A stretch of 64,000 nucleotides of DNA from Cyanobacteria bacterium P01_F01_bin.150 (GTDB taxonomy: Bacteria > Cyanobacteriota > Cyanobacteriia > CAKZMO01): NCBI GenBank assembly GCA_039189765.1, contig JBCCYL010000002.1:64001-128000 (forward strand), in the 5' to 3' direction. Position 1 is the first letter of the stretch. Each line of letters starts with the position of its first letter. Shown piece by piece: positions 40,364-50,919 of the stretch. The notes below the pieces were generated by a model. That model had not been told where the DNA came from. It saw only the letters and a program-made list of their open reading frames with translations, and did not search any database. A program made the translations under genes and the position numbers.

Positions 40364-42667
40364 CTATGCAGATTCATTCCCATGCAAAGATCTGGGAGAG
40401 CCTGAGGATTCATCGACAGTTGCTGCTTCCAAATGAGAAAGGCTCAAAGCTTTTTCATTTGGAAGCTTATGTTTAGAAGACTCTAAAGGAATAATGATGG
40501 TAAACTTTGTGCCTTTTCCTACTGTAGATACACATTCCAACTGACCACCATGCTTCTCAACAATGATTTGATAACTAATAGAAAGCCCTAACCCAGTTCC
40601 TTTGCCAATAGGTTTCGTTGTAAAAAATGGATTAAAAATTTGCCGCTGATCGTCTGGATTAATACCTGGACCGTTATCTTCAATCTCAACAATGATATTA
40701 TCATCGGCTTTAGAGGTGTAAATTCTAATATGGGCAGGTTTGCCCGCCCGTCGCTGATCTTCAAGGGCATCTAAGGCATTGACCAGCAAATTCATAAAGA
40801 CCTGATTGAGCTGACTGGCATAGCAAAACACGTCTGGAATGGAGCCGTAGTCTCGAATAATCTCAAGAGCTCCTAGAGAACCCACCGCTTTGACTCGATT
40901 TTGCAAAATAATCAGCGTACTATCCAGTCCTGTGTGAATATTAATATCTTTTTTCTCTGCTTCATCTAAACGAGAAAAGTTGCGCAAGGAAGTAACAATA
41001 TTGGTAATGCGCTCTGCTCCGTTTTCCATGGAAACCAGCACTTTTTCTAAATCAGGAATCAGAAAATCAAGGTCAACAGAGGTCAGCAAAGCCTGAATCT
41101 CTGGAATAGGTTTTGGATAGTTTTTTTGATAAAGACTAACAAGCTGAATCAAGCTTTGGGCATACCCTTTAACGTGATCAAGATTTCCGTAGATAAAGCT
41201 AACAGGGTTATTAATCTCGTGGGCAATACCGGCTACCATCTGACCTAGCCCAGACATCTTTTCTGTCTGAATAAGTTGGGTTTGCGTTTTTTTAAGCTTA
41301 GTAAGAGTCGCTTCGATTTCCTGTTTAGCCTTCTCTAATCGGCTATTTCTATCTGCTAGCTGCTGACGCTGATACTTTTCCTGTTCTAGCAATTTAGCTT
41401 GGGATAGGGCAATGCCCACTTGAATCGCCACTTCTTCTAACAGTTTGACTTCGCCAATACTCCATTCCCTAAATCGATCGCACTGATCCAAGGAAATTAC
41501 CCCATTTACGTGACCTTTGTAAGCCGTTTGCACAATCAGTAGGGACTTGAGCTGATTTTTGTGACACAACGGATGAATACTTTCCAGTAATGGCTCCTCA
41601 AAGACATTACTAGAGGCTAAAGGATGAGGTTGCGATAGTAATTGATGGAAAAACAGGGTGTCTTCCACAGAAATCTCGATTTGGCCATAGTTAGGAAACT
41701 CTGGTAAGTAGTCTTCTGCAACTAAAATGCATCGCGGTTGAGGATACTCATCGTAAATGAAAATATTACAGCGACTTGCACTGAAAGCATGGCGAACTTC
41801 TGTGGCTGTTCGTTGAAAAATAGCCTGTACATCCAAGTCCTGACGAATATGTTGAGTGATAAGGCTTAGAAGCTGTTCTCGCCAAAGTTGTTGTTCCAGT
41901 GCAATTTCTGCCTGCTTCCGTTCTGCCTCAGTGCGTTTTCGATTGGTGATATTGAGTTCATTGACCAGTATGGCGGTTTGGCCAGTTAACGGGTCACGGG
42001 CATATCTCACATCAATTTCATGCCACTGGATACCTTGAAGTGTAGTGACTTGAGCCTCAATTTTGAAAAAATGTCCTGACTTGACCCATGTCATTACCTG
42101 GTACGCTACGCGAGGATCCGTGAAACGGCGAATAAAAGTATCTGAGGCGGGAGAATACTCTTTGTCATTCCCATAACATTCCAGAGCTGCTGGGTTTTGG
42201 AGAATGGATTGACCTTGCAAATCGTATAGCGAGATCATTACCGTAGTATGTCGTAGTGCTTCTAATGAGCAAAGAATATGAGAGTCTACTTGGTCAATGC
42301 TTTGGGGAATACCTTCAACCAACATTGCCAGACGGCCAAATTCAATCCAGATCGCTGAAAAAGTGCAGCTTACGGAAATAGCGGATTCTGCTTGAGGATA
42401 AAATGTCCATTGTTCTGTGACAGTATGGCCCTGATTGAACTGACTAAGATAGTCCTGGAAACGAACTTGGGTCGCGTCAGAGTAGTCGTTCCAATCCCGA
42501 TCAAGTAGTTCCTGTAAGCAATCGGCATTCCACAGACGAATTGCTGATTGATTGGCCCACCACATCCGCATGTAGTCCACATCAAAAATCCACACAGGAG
42601 TCTGCAAACAGTTGAACCGTGCTAGATCAGATGGCGTAACGACTGACTGATTGAGGAATCCTGCCAT
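40364..42667 (-). CDS. Sensor histidine kinase (PAS-like, GAF, HisKA, HATPase)
   Basis: MVAGIAHEINNP, QLNQVFMNLLVNA, PFFTTKPIGKGTGLGLSIS; GAF segment IRQDLD..DQCDRFREW. Confidence 0.93.
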   Translation of the reverse strand: MAGFLNQSVVTPSDLARFNCLQTPVWIFDVDYMRMWWANQSAIRLWNADCLQELLDRDWNDYSDATQVRFQDYLSQFNQGHTVTEQWTFYPQAESAISVSCTFSAIWIEFGRLAMLVEGIPQSIDQVDSHILCSLEALRHTTVMISLYDLQGQSILQNPAALECYGNDKEYSPASDTFIRRFTDPRVAYQVMTWVKSGHFFKIEAQVTTLQGIQWHEIDVRYARDPLTGQTAILVNELNITNRKRTEAERKQAEIALEQQLWREQLLSLITQHIRQDLDVQAIFQRTATEVRHAFSASRCNIFIYDEYPQPRCILVAEDYLPEFPNYGQIEISVEDTLFFHQLLSQPHPLASSNVFEEPLLESIHPLCHKNQLKSLLIVQTAYKGHVNGVISLDQCDRFREWSIGEVKLLEEVAIQVGIALSQAKLLEQEKYQRQQLADRNSRLEKAKQEIEATLTKLKKTQTQLIQTEKMSGLGQMVAGIAHEINNPVSFIYGNLDHVKGYAQSLIQLVSLYQKNYPKPIPEIQALLTSVDLDFLIPDLEKVLVSMENGAERITNIVTSLRNFSRLDEAEKKDINIHTGLDSTLIILQNRVKAVGSLGALEIIRDYGSIPDVFCYASQLNQVFMNLLVNALDALEDQRRAGKPAHIRIYTSKADDNIIVEIEDNGPGINPDDQRQIFNPFFTTKPIGKGTGLGLSISYQIIVEKHGGQLECVSTVGKGTKFTIIIPLESSKHKLPNEKALSLSHLEAATVDESSGSPRSLHGNESA

Positions 42668-43057
42668 AAAAGAGTCCTGATGTTGTTATTGACGCAAAGG
42701 GATAAAGCTTGTCATGGACTAGACAAGGGGCATTCCTTATACGATTGGCAATCGTAGTGAGCGCCAAAGGACACTTGCCGATAATAGACATAAATCGTAA
42801 AATGCACCACTACCAGATATTAGGACAGAATACCCATTCTAGGAACTCTTGATATCTGCAAATTACCTTTTCAACCTTGATTTCAACCTTCTAGATAAAG
42901 TATCCGCATAGTTTACTATTGTGAACGATAAACAGTTGAAATAGTGTCCACATTTCAACGTTATTAGATTAAATTAGCCGATAACGTAAGAGAAATTGAT
43001 GAATCCTCCGTCTTCCCCGACCATGTGTTGGGGTTTTTCTTATTGGTTATCTGGGAT

Positions 43058-43387
43058 TCAATTTTTCTTCTTGCTAATCTCAGATTTTTGACTAGGGCTT
43101 ATGTCAGATATCGCATCTTTTAGGGCAGTTTGCCCAACGATATGCAGCCCTGGGTAAGAGGTTGGAACCGGATCATATCCTCCTTGGTGAAATGGATGAC
43201 ACCGCAGCAATCGCCGCAAGCCCAGTCGTCCCCCTTTCCACACACCGTAACGCTGAACAGCATCAATCATATATTGGGAACAGGTGGGTTGATATCGACA
43301 AACGGGTAAAAATAGTGGGGAAATTACCATTCGATATCCTCGGATCAAGCTGATAAGTATAGTTTTGCCTGATATCTTCATCACCAC
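43058..43387 (-). CDS. yidD: Membrane protein insertion efficiency factor YidD
   Basis: [27 protein letters not shown]. Confidence 0.92.
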   Translation of the reverse strand: MVMKISGKTILISLIRGYRMVISPLFLPVCRYQPTCSQYMIDAVQRYGVWKGGRLGLRRLLRCHPFHQGGYDPVPTSYPGLHIVGQTALKDAISDISPSQKSEISKKKN

Positions 43388-43541
43388 TCCATATCAGTAT
43401 CTAGCTGTTTAACCTCTAGGTAGTGGGGGCTAGAGCATTTTCACTACCATTTATTTTATGTCGCCTTAAAATAACAAGCCTTTGTGGGAACGTTCTGAGC
43501 AAGGAACTTTTGTGGCTACAGGGATAGGCTTTAACATGCAC

Positions 43542-44336
43542 TTAAGGGATCGCACATTGCTTCATCTTTAGTTCGTCTAAGAAAGATAAAGGCTGGCTCA
43601 TGGTTTCAGAAAAAGTGAGAATACCGCGATCGCGATATTCATAAAGCGTATTACCCTCATCATCAAATAGGAAAGTGCCCCCCCTCTGGGTCAAATATGT
43701 TGAATCAGGGACATAAGTATTCCATTTACCCAGGGATTCTGCCATATTTCTCAGTCTCAGCGTTGCTAGTTCAAATGGCCGCTGAAAGCCGCTCCCGCCT
43801 GCCAAATTAAAGAAGGCCCCTTTTAAGGGGGGTAATGGTGCAGCTTGAACCACTTCATCCTCGCCAATTAACTGGGGAGAGGTGCGATCGCCCTTATATC
43901 CTCGAAACACCTCTGCCAGCGTTCCCGGACTACCAATACCTGCGCACATTAGCATTAGGTTTAGCCATGCGTTTTGCCCTGGAGACAATCCCGGCATTTT
44001 GAAGGCAAGACCTGCATAAAGATTAAGCTGACGATGGATCTCCGCATTGGAGTCAGTAAACAGCCATTCGTTTGGAAAGCCCGTGTACTCACAGAATTGG
44101 GTTCCGGCGGCGCGATCGCCAATTCCCACTGCACGAATGGTGATATTGTTTTCCCTTAACCTATCTGCCTCTCGCCGCAGCCACCAAGCATATTCCATAC
44201 TGTCAAAGTCGCCAAGTTGTGACCAAATAAGGACAAGTAAGCGAGATGCGGTTTCACAGCCTTTGAAAATTGGTATCATTTCGCCATCGCTGACGCGTTG
44301 GCGTTGGGTTTGCGTCAGAATATTAAAAGCAGTCAT
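43542..44336 (-). CDS. Peroxiredoxin-like protein (AhpC-TSA_2 type)
   Basis: QLGDFDSMEYA, MCAGIGSPGTL.EV.RGY, QRPFELATLRL, TQRGGTFLF. Confidence 0.8.
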   Translation of the reverse strand: MTAFNILTQTQRQRVSDGEMIPIFKGCETASRLLVLIWSQLGDFDSMEYAWWLRREADRLRENNITIRAVGIGDRAAGTQFCEYTGFPNEWLFTDSNAEIHRQLNLYAGLAFKMPGLSPGQNAWLNLMLMCAGIGSPGTLAEVFRGYKGDRTSPQLIGEDEVVQAAPLPPLKGAFFNLAGGSGFQRPFELATLRLRNMAESLGKWNTYVPDSTYLTQRGGTFLFDDEGNTLYEYRDRGILTFSETMSQPLSFLDELKMKQCAIP

Positions 44337-44353
44337 GGGTAGCCAACAACCAG

Positions 44354-44740
44354 ATGGATATTATTCAAGCACTAAAAACAGATTATCAAAACTTTCCAAA
44401 GAACCAGACATTCTCACTGTATGCAAAGGATGTTTTCTTTAAAGATCCAATGACGGAGTTTAGAGGATGCGATCGCTACAAAGAAATGATTGGTTTTATC
44501 GATCAGTGGTTTGTGAACCCCCAACTCGACTTGCATAAGATTAAACAGAGTGATTGCCACATTCGTACCGATTGGACACTACAGTGGACCACCCCTTTGC
44601 CGTGGAAACCTCGCGTTAGTATCAGTGGTTGGAGTGAACTAGAGCTAAACGAGGAAGACTTGATTGTATCCCATGTGGATTATTGGCACTGCTCTAGGCT
44701 AGAGGTACTTAAGCAGCTCCTCCCATTTACTAAAAAGTGA
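44354..44740 (+). CDS. DUF2358 (NTF2/SnoaL-like) protein
   Basis: YAKDVFFKDP..FRG..Y, WTLQWTTPLPWKP, SHVDYW. Confidence 0.85.
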   Translation: MDIIQALKTDYQNFPKNQTFSLYAKDVFFKDPMTEFRGCDRYKEMIGFIDQWFVNPQLDLHKIKQSDCHIRTDWTLQWTTPLPWKPRVSISGWSELELNEEDLIVSHVDYWHCSRLEVLKQLLPFTKK

Positions 44741-44806
44741 GGGATAGAAAAATCCCTCACCTACAACTTATTGTCCTCACCTGTATTATTCACCAGGACT
44801 CGGGAC

Positions 44807-44885
44807 GTAGGATGGGCAAAGAACGCAAGGACGTGCCCATCACACGAGTCGCCCTGATTGGCCCCCATTGTTTTGCCCATCTTAC
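44807..44885. repeat. REPIN-like inverted pair of GTAG-type REPs
   Basis: GTAGGATGGGCAAAG...GTGCCCATC (44807-44841) facing TTTTGCCCATCTTAC (44871-44885). Confidence 0.65.
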
Positions 44886-44985
44886 ATGGCTCCTTCCCGA
44901 ATTATCCAATATTGTCATGAATAATTCGGGCTAATAAACAATTGGTGTCTCGGCCAACCACCACATTAAAGGCCCTGATTTAGGA

Positions 44986-45567
44986 TTATGGACTAATCGG
45001 CGTTTTGAATTCGGGTTTAGGATTAAATGCCTCTACTGGTGGTCCAACCGTTCCTGCCGCAGGTTCATCATCGGCTACAAGATAAACAGACTGGACCTGA
45101 TCACCATCGTTTGGAAGGGCCACAAAGCGACCTTCATCAATTAAATAGGTCACCACTTCTCCTTGAATACTATTGCCGTCCTGTAGAATATACACGTCGC
45201 CATTAAGGACGATCCGGCCTTCGCGACTATAGTACTGAGCCTGAACTGCGGTAGCTTGCATATTGCGAGCCGGATAAAAAATTTGAACGTTACCTCGGGC
45301 TGTCACAACTCCAGTAATGGCGTTGGCTTCTTGAACGTCAGCCAATAGGGTCATGGGTTGACCCGTCGGGATTGCCTCTTCAGCATTCACCCGTCGCACT
45401 TCAGAGACCAAAGCCCCGCCAATCACAGTGCCGCCCACGATAAATGACAGCCCCCAAGACATCGCATTGCGATATCGAAAAAATGGTTTGTCCGCCGAAT
45501 GCATGAGCAGATGAGCTGGATTTAACAGAGAAAATAAGCGATTCATAACATTCACAGAGCTACTCAA
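44986..45567 (-). CDS. LptA/OstA-family protein (start uncertain)
   Basis: ADVQEANAITGVVTARGNVQI, AQYYSREGRIVLNGDVYILQDGNSIQGE. Confidence 0.85.
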   Translation of the reverse strand: MSSSVNVMNRLFSLLNPAHLLMHSADKPFFRYRNAMSWGLSFIVGGTVIGGALVSEVRRVNAEEAIPTGQPMTLLADVQEANAITGVVTARGNVQIFYPARNMQATAVQAQYYSREGRIVLNGDVYILQDGNSIQGEVVTYLIDEGRFVALPNDGDQVQSVYLVADDEPAAGTVGPPVEAFNPKPEFKTPISP

Positions 45568-45730
45568 CAGTTCTAACTAGGCTAACTTAAGGCCGCTCAT
45601 CAGGTTTGGAATGCTGCGTCCTAGCTCCTCAAGCATAGCAATTACAGGGTGATTTCTCCACCACCTTTACGTTATTTTCCTGCTAGGGAATGGATGTCAG
45701 AAGAACAGCATAATGCATTTGTTCTAGACA

Positions 45731-46207
45731 CTATATTATCCGAGCAATAGTAGGTGCTCGCAGCCTTAATTGTGGCAGTTGTTCAACCGTTCCGTTAGAG
45801 GATTGACTATTGTCTTCAACCGTTTCATTCCCAGCATGAACTTGACTGGCCAGAGATTCTACATTCTCTGGCCCAGCCTGCTGTATGGCTTGCAAAAGAT
45901 ACTGAACTGATTCTATAAAAGGAGTTACCTCAATCTCGAAATAGTCAGGTTGATATGCTCCTAAGCGCTGAAGACCTTCGCCCATTAGAATGACACAGCC
46001 TTGCCAGTTGTGGTTGCGGAGATGGTAGAGTCCTACGGCAATTTGGATTAATCCTTGATAAAAGTTGCGATCGACTTCTATTGCCTCTAGCCAAATAGCT
46101 TCCCATGTATCATGGCAGGCATAAAAATCTTTGGTGTTGAATTCTTCGACCCCTTGCCAAAATTCTGGGGGAATATCGGAACGCCTATCTGTGGTCATAT
46201 GTTGCAA
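45731..46207 (-). CDS. DUF309-family protein
   Basis: FN..DFYACHDTWEAIW, FYQGLIQIAVGLYH. Confidence 0.88.
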   Translation of the reverse strand: MQHMTTDRRSDIPPEFWQGVEEFNTKDFYACHDTWEAIWLEAIEVDRNFYQGLIQIAVGLYHLRNHNWQGCVILMGEGLQRLGAYQPDYFEIEVTPFIESVQYLLQAIQQAGPENVESLASQVHAGNETVEDNSQSSNGTVEQLPQLRLRAPTIARII

Positions 46208-46606
46208 CTGTTAGTTTCGTAGCTAATTGCCATAAATCCCTTGGCAAAAAGTGGGCATCAGAATTCGCTCAAGTAGGATTATCTTATCCTCTGAGTATCA
46301 CTTTTGAACATCAAGCATTTCAAACGCAACATTTGCTCGTGCCATCCTTCGCGTTCCTGTATTTGAGTGCAGACAATCCATTCAGACGCCTAGAGAAGCG
46401 GACTGTTTGAGAAGCATGATAGCTGAAGGTATGCAAAGAACTGAATGGGACGTGAATTGTTCTGGCCAAACCGTTACATTTAGAGATGGGCGCATTCACG
46501 ATCTATCAATCGCAATTCAAAATGGTCAACCATCCCGTGCTGATTTTTTAAATTTCCATACCTATCAGTATGCCTGCCAGTAGCTTGCTACCGCAATCAC
46601 TTCTCA

Positions 46607-48244
46607 TTATCTATTTCGTGGTAGAGCACTGGCAACAACGGCTCTACCATATTGAGACGGAACTTTTTCATCCCAATTGGTCGATAGATGTAAACGGTTA
46701 AGCGCCTGCATATAGGCATGGGCAGAAGCTACTACCACATCAGTATTGGCAGAGTGACCAGAGTAAATGCGGCCTTCGTGACGCAGGCGAATCGTAACTT
46801 CGCCGATGGCATCAATCCCTGCGGTTACAGACTGGACCGAAAATTCAATAAGCTGATTAGGAATTTGCACAACTCGGTTAATCGCTTTATATATGGCATC
46901 TACAGGACCAGTGCCAATAGCAGCATCGGTTAGTTCCTTGCCATTCGGGGTCAATACCGTCACGGTCGCTGTAGGACAAGAATGATCGCCACAGGAAACC
47001 TGCACATGTTCTAGGCTGTAACCTTCAGCAGTTTGCCGGGTTTCATCATTAACGATCGCTTCCAAATCCCAATCGGTGATTTCTTTCTTTTTATCCGCCA
47101 CATCTTTAAAGCGGGCAAATGCCTTGTTCAGTTCTTGATCGGCTAATTCAAAGCCCAATTCCTTTAGACGAGTGCGGAACGCATTACGACCGGAGTGCTT
47201 ACCTAAAACAATTTGATTGTCGGTTAAGCCAATGGATTGGGCATCCATAATTTCATAGGTGAGTTTGTTCTTTAGAACACCATCCTGATGAATTCCCGAC
47301 TCATGGGCAAAGGCGTTAGCTCCCACAATTGCCTTGTTCGGCTGCACAAACATTCCTGTGAGATTGGAGACCATGCGGGAGGTCTTATAGATTTGGCGTG
47401 TATCGATACTGGTTAGTGGTGCTTCCGATTCCGTTGGCCGACCGAAAAACCGATTAAAATACTGTCGCCGCACATGCAGCGCCATCACTAATTCTTCAAG
47501 GGCTGCATTGCCAGCTCGTTCTCCAATCCCGTTGATAGTACATTCAAGCTGCCGCGCGCCATTTTTGATAGCTTCTAGAAAATTGGCAACCACTAAGCCC
47601 AAATCGTTATGACCGTGGACTGAAATAATCGCTTGGTTAATATTTGGGACATTTTCCTTAATGCCTTTAATCAATGCACCAAATTCTGCTGGAGTTGTGT
47701 AGCCAACAGTGTCAGGAATATTAACCGTAGTGGCTCCAGCCGCAATCGCCCGTTCCAGTACCTGATACATAAATTCTGGATCAGAACGCCCGGCATCCTC
47801 AGGAGAAAATTCTACATCATCCACAAACGATTTAGCGTAACTCACCATTTCAGGCACGATATCCAACACCTCTTGACGAGTCTTTTTCAACTTGTACTGG
47901 AGATGGATGTCGGATGTAGCAATAAATGTATGGATACGTCCGTGGGCTGCGGGCTTAAGAGCATCGGCCGCTGTTTTAATATCCTGTTTGGTAGCGCGGG
48001 CCAATCCACAAATAGTGGGGCCACCTTCCGTACCCACTAGCTCAGCAATCTGGTTCACCGCTTCGAAATCCCCTGGGCTGGCAAACGGAAATCCGGCTTC
48101 AATAACATCAACCCCTAACCGCGCAAGCTGACGCGCAATACTTAGCTTTTCATCTACATTTAGGGTCGCTCCTGGAGACTGTTCACCATCTCGCAGGGTT
48201 GTATCGAAAATAATGATGCGATCAGACTGAGATGACGTGTTCAT
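46607..48244 (-). CDS. leuA: 2-isopropylmalate synthase
   Basis: [41 protein letters not shown]-terminal regulatory domain GTGPVDA. Confidence 0.96.
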   Translation of the reverse strand: MNTSSQSDRIIIFDTTLRDGEQSPGATLNVDEKLSIARQLARLGVDVIEAGFPFASPGDFEAVNQIAELVGTEGGPTICGLARATKQDIKTAADALKPAAHGRIHTFIATSDIHLQYKLKKTRQEVLDIVPEMVSYAKSFVDDVEFSPEDAGRSDPEFMYQVLERAIAAGATTVNIPDTVGYTTPAEFGALIKGIKENVPNINQAIISVHGHNDLGLVVANFLEAIKNGARQLECTINGIGERAGNAALEELVMALHVRRQYFNRFFGRPTESEAPLTSIDTRQIYKTSRMVSNLTGMFVQPNKAIVGANAFAHESGIHQDGVLKNKLTYEIMDAQSIGLTDNQIVLGKHSGRNAFRTRLKELGFELADQELNKAFARFKDVADKKKEITDWDLEAIVNDETRQTAEGYSLEHVQVSCGDHSCPTATVTVLTPNGKELTDAAIGTGPVDAIYKAINRVVQIPNQLIEFSVQSVTAGIDAIGEVTIRLRHEGRIYSGHSANTDVVVASAHAYMQALNRLHLSTNWDEKVPSQYGRAVVASALPRNR

Positions 48245-48448
48245 GGCAGGACAATAAACCCTTATGATGAGCTAGTGATAATAAACAGTTTGCGTCTAAT
48301 CTGCTCTCTCAACAAGGCGATCGCCTCCAGCAGACTGCTTACCATCAATTGTCGACTATTGTACTTTCGCTAGTGAAGTTTGTGGAGGTTTGCCACGGAA
48401 TCGCAACGTTCAGGCGAATTTGACACGGTGATCGGTATAAAAATAATT

Positions 48449-48979
48449 TCAGTAGCCGTTATCGCTCTTTTCGATATAGTCTCGAATGCTATTGAGGTCA
48501 ATGTAGCGATCTGTCGCATTACGTAATTCGCGAGCAATCATGCCTTCTGTTGAAACCACCGTGATATGAGTACTTTTAGAACGGAGCAACTCAATAGCTC
48601 GTTCAAAATCACCATCACCACTAAATAAGATGACTCGGTCATACTGATCAACAGTGTTAAACATATCCACTACAATCTCAATATCCAGGTTTGCTTTTTG
48701 AGAATATCGGCCTGAATTATCGTCGTAATATTCCTTCAGCACTTTAGTCCGTACTGTGTAACCAAGACTGATAAGGGCGTCTCGAAATCCTCGCTGGTCT
48801 TGAGCATCTTTTAATCCCGTATACCAAAATGCATTTATAAGTTGGGTATGGGGACTGCCCGTAAAATATTGCAACACACGCTTGGGATCAAAGAACCAAC
48901 CATTTTTTTGCTGTGCGTAAAACATATTGTTACCGTCTACGAAAATCGAGAGACGAGTAATCAGAGGTCTCAAAACCAT
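48449..48979 (-). CDS. labA: LabA (circadian output, NYN domain)
   Basis: SIFVDGNNMFYAQQKNGWFFDP, KANLDIEIVVDMF, FSGDGDFERAIELLR. Confidence 0.85.
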   Translation of the reverse strand: MVLRPLITRLSIFVDGNNMFYAQQKNGWFFDPKRVLQYFTGSPHTQLINAFWYTGLKDAQDQRGFRDALISLGYTVRTKVLKEYYDDNSGRYSQKANLDIEIVVDMFNTVDQYDRVILFSGDGDFERAIELLRSKSTHITVVSTEGMIARELRNATDRYIDLNSIRDYIEKSDNGY

Positions 48980-49700
48980 ATCTTAAAGTTTTTTGTAAGT
49001 GAGAATAATAATATGCAGGCTAGGACACCATTTAATGGTGTAAGACGCTGTTGATAGATAGACGAATAAACATTGAGGTTAATGGTCGCACATCATTGCC
49101 CAAACTTTAGTTAACGTTTAAGCAGATAGTACGGGCATAAAGTGTTCCAACTAGCCTCTATTCGAGTTCACTATGCGGCAAAAACCATCAACCCTATATA
49201 TAAGGGTTTACCTATAGATGACATAGAGCAAGTGAATGTGCTTAAACCCGGCCTTAGGGAAAACCAAGATAAGGTTCTGCAAAAAAGCCAATAAATTAAT
49301 AGAAATAGACTAAAAAACTAGGGAACTAACCTAGCAACTCAACTGAATCACTAGGTAGCAATCGACCGAGTAGCTATTATCATCATTGAACCAGGAAGCA
49401 ATTTGTCTACTACCCTCTGGTCATAACTGTTAGAAATACTAACGATAGTATTAAAACAGGTCAAAACTAAACCATAAAAAAACATAAAGTATATCCTAGT
49501 AGGATCAATATAGATCTGAATATATGGAGACCTTAATTGGCATAAAACGTACACAGTACACATATATACAACCTATTATAGAGCCTCAACCTCGCAATTC
49601 AGAAGATATGCTCATAATGTCTATCCATTATCTCGTAAAGGCTTGATGAAGTCTGAGTCCTTAGTGTCATTGTTCGAGTCAGTTATCTAATTTAGCCATC

Positions 49701-50393
49701 ATGCGTTTTGTATCTGCGATTGAAGATGAATCCGCTACACATGTTTCCTTATCTTCGTTACAGGCTCCTACGGTCCAATCTCCAGCTATTTTGTCTTTAA
49801 TGGAGGCTCATTTCAAGGCTCCGTCTCTACGATTGGGAATTATGGCCTCAGGCTCTGGAAGTAATTTTGAGGCGATCGCCCAGGCTATTGCTCAAAAACA
49901 GCTCAATGCTCAGATCCAGGTGGTCATTTATAACAACCCCGATGCAGGGGTTGTGGAGCGAGCAAAACAATGGGGGATTCCAGCGATATTAATCAACCAT
50001 AGAGATTTTGAGAATCGAGAGAGCTTAGATCAAGAAATTGTAACGACCCTCCAAACCTATCAGGTGGACTGGGTAATTATGGCAGGATGGATGCGATGCG
50101 TTACCGAGATTTTGATTAACGCGTTTCCGAAACGGGTATTAAATATCCATCCCAGCCTTTTGCCCAGTTTTCCAGGGCTTCATGCCGTCAAACAAGCATT
50201 GGATGCTGGGGTCACACTGGCAGGCTGCACAGTACATCACGTCGTGTTGGCAGTGGATAGTGGTCCCATTGTGATGCAGGCGGCGGTTCCCGTCTTGCCC
50301 AACGATACTGAGGAGACCTTGCATAACCGCATTCATAACCAAGAGCACGCTATTTACCCGATGGCGATCGCTTTAGCGGCTGCATCTAGCTAG
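49701..50393 (+). CDS. purN: Phosphoribosylglycinamide formyltransferase
   Basis: ASGSGSNF, MAGWMR, NIHPSLLPSF, GCTVH..VDSGPI. Confidence 0.95.
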   Translation: MRFVSAIEDESATHVSLSSLQAPTVQSPAILSLMEAHFKAPSLRLGIMASGSGSNFEAIAQAIAQKQLNAQIQVVIYNNPDAGVVERAKQWGIPAILINHRDFENRESLDQEIVTTLQTYQVDWVIMAGWMRCVTEILINAFPKRVLNIHPSLLPSFPGLHAVKQALDAGVTLAGCTVHHVVLAVDSGPIVMQAAVPVLPNDTEETLHNRIHNQEHAIYPMAIALAAASS

Positions 50394-50612
50394 AGTTCAG
50401 GCTGGCTACATTACATTAACCTTGACGATTTTCCAGATACAAACATCCACCAAAAACTTCTGCCAAGTTAGCAGGTATCAGGAGTAGTGATGTTTACGAT
50501 GACTAGATATAGATTGGAGGCATCACAGCGTCACCGCAGACTAGCAATGTCGCTTTTTTCTCAATCACAATCCATAATTTTTACTTATTAAAAATACTGA
50601 AATGATAATTTT

Positions 50613-50652
50613 TGCCCTGAGGGGGGTGACACCCCCCACCCCCCTCAGGGCA
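50613..50652. repeat. 16-bp-stem G/C-tract hairpin
   Basis: TGCCCTGAGGGGGGTG-ACACCCCC-CACCCCCCTCAGGGCA. Confidence 0.8.
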
Positions 50653-50919
50653 TACTATGTTAAGTAGATGCACCCTGATGGTTGGGAGAGTTTCCAAATG
50701 GCTCTCCCTTTTTTTACGTCTATAATATAGTCCGTTTGATCTATGCTTGCGAAGGGGCCTAATCATCGCACTTTTCAATAAGGCTGAACATAAGAGGGAT
50801 TTGTCCTGCTTGAAGCCCAGAGTGAGTACTTGCAGCATCTCAATTTCTGAATATCAGATTTCGCCAAGAAGCGAAAGACTACTAAAATGTAAAAAGTAAG
50901 TCTTTTGTGGGAAGCCTAA

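Noticed and set aside
42685..42730. GACGCAAAG as part of a c-di-GMP-I riboswitch
   Set aside because: Wrong strand for the adjacent kinase gene, and the rest of the consensus is missing
48980..49700. TAGGGAA-like motifs and a short palindrome upstream of labA
   Set aside because: Too short and degenerate to separate from chance in AT-rich DNA
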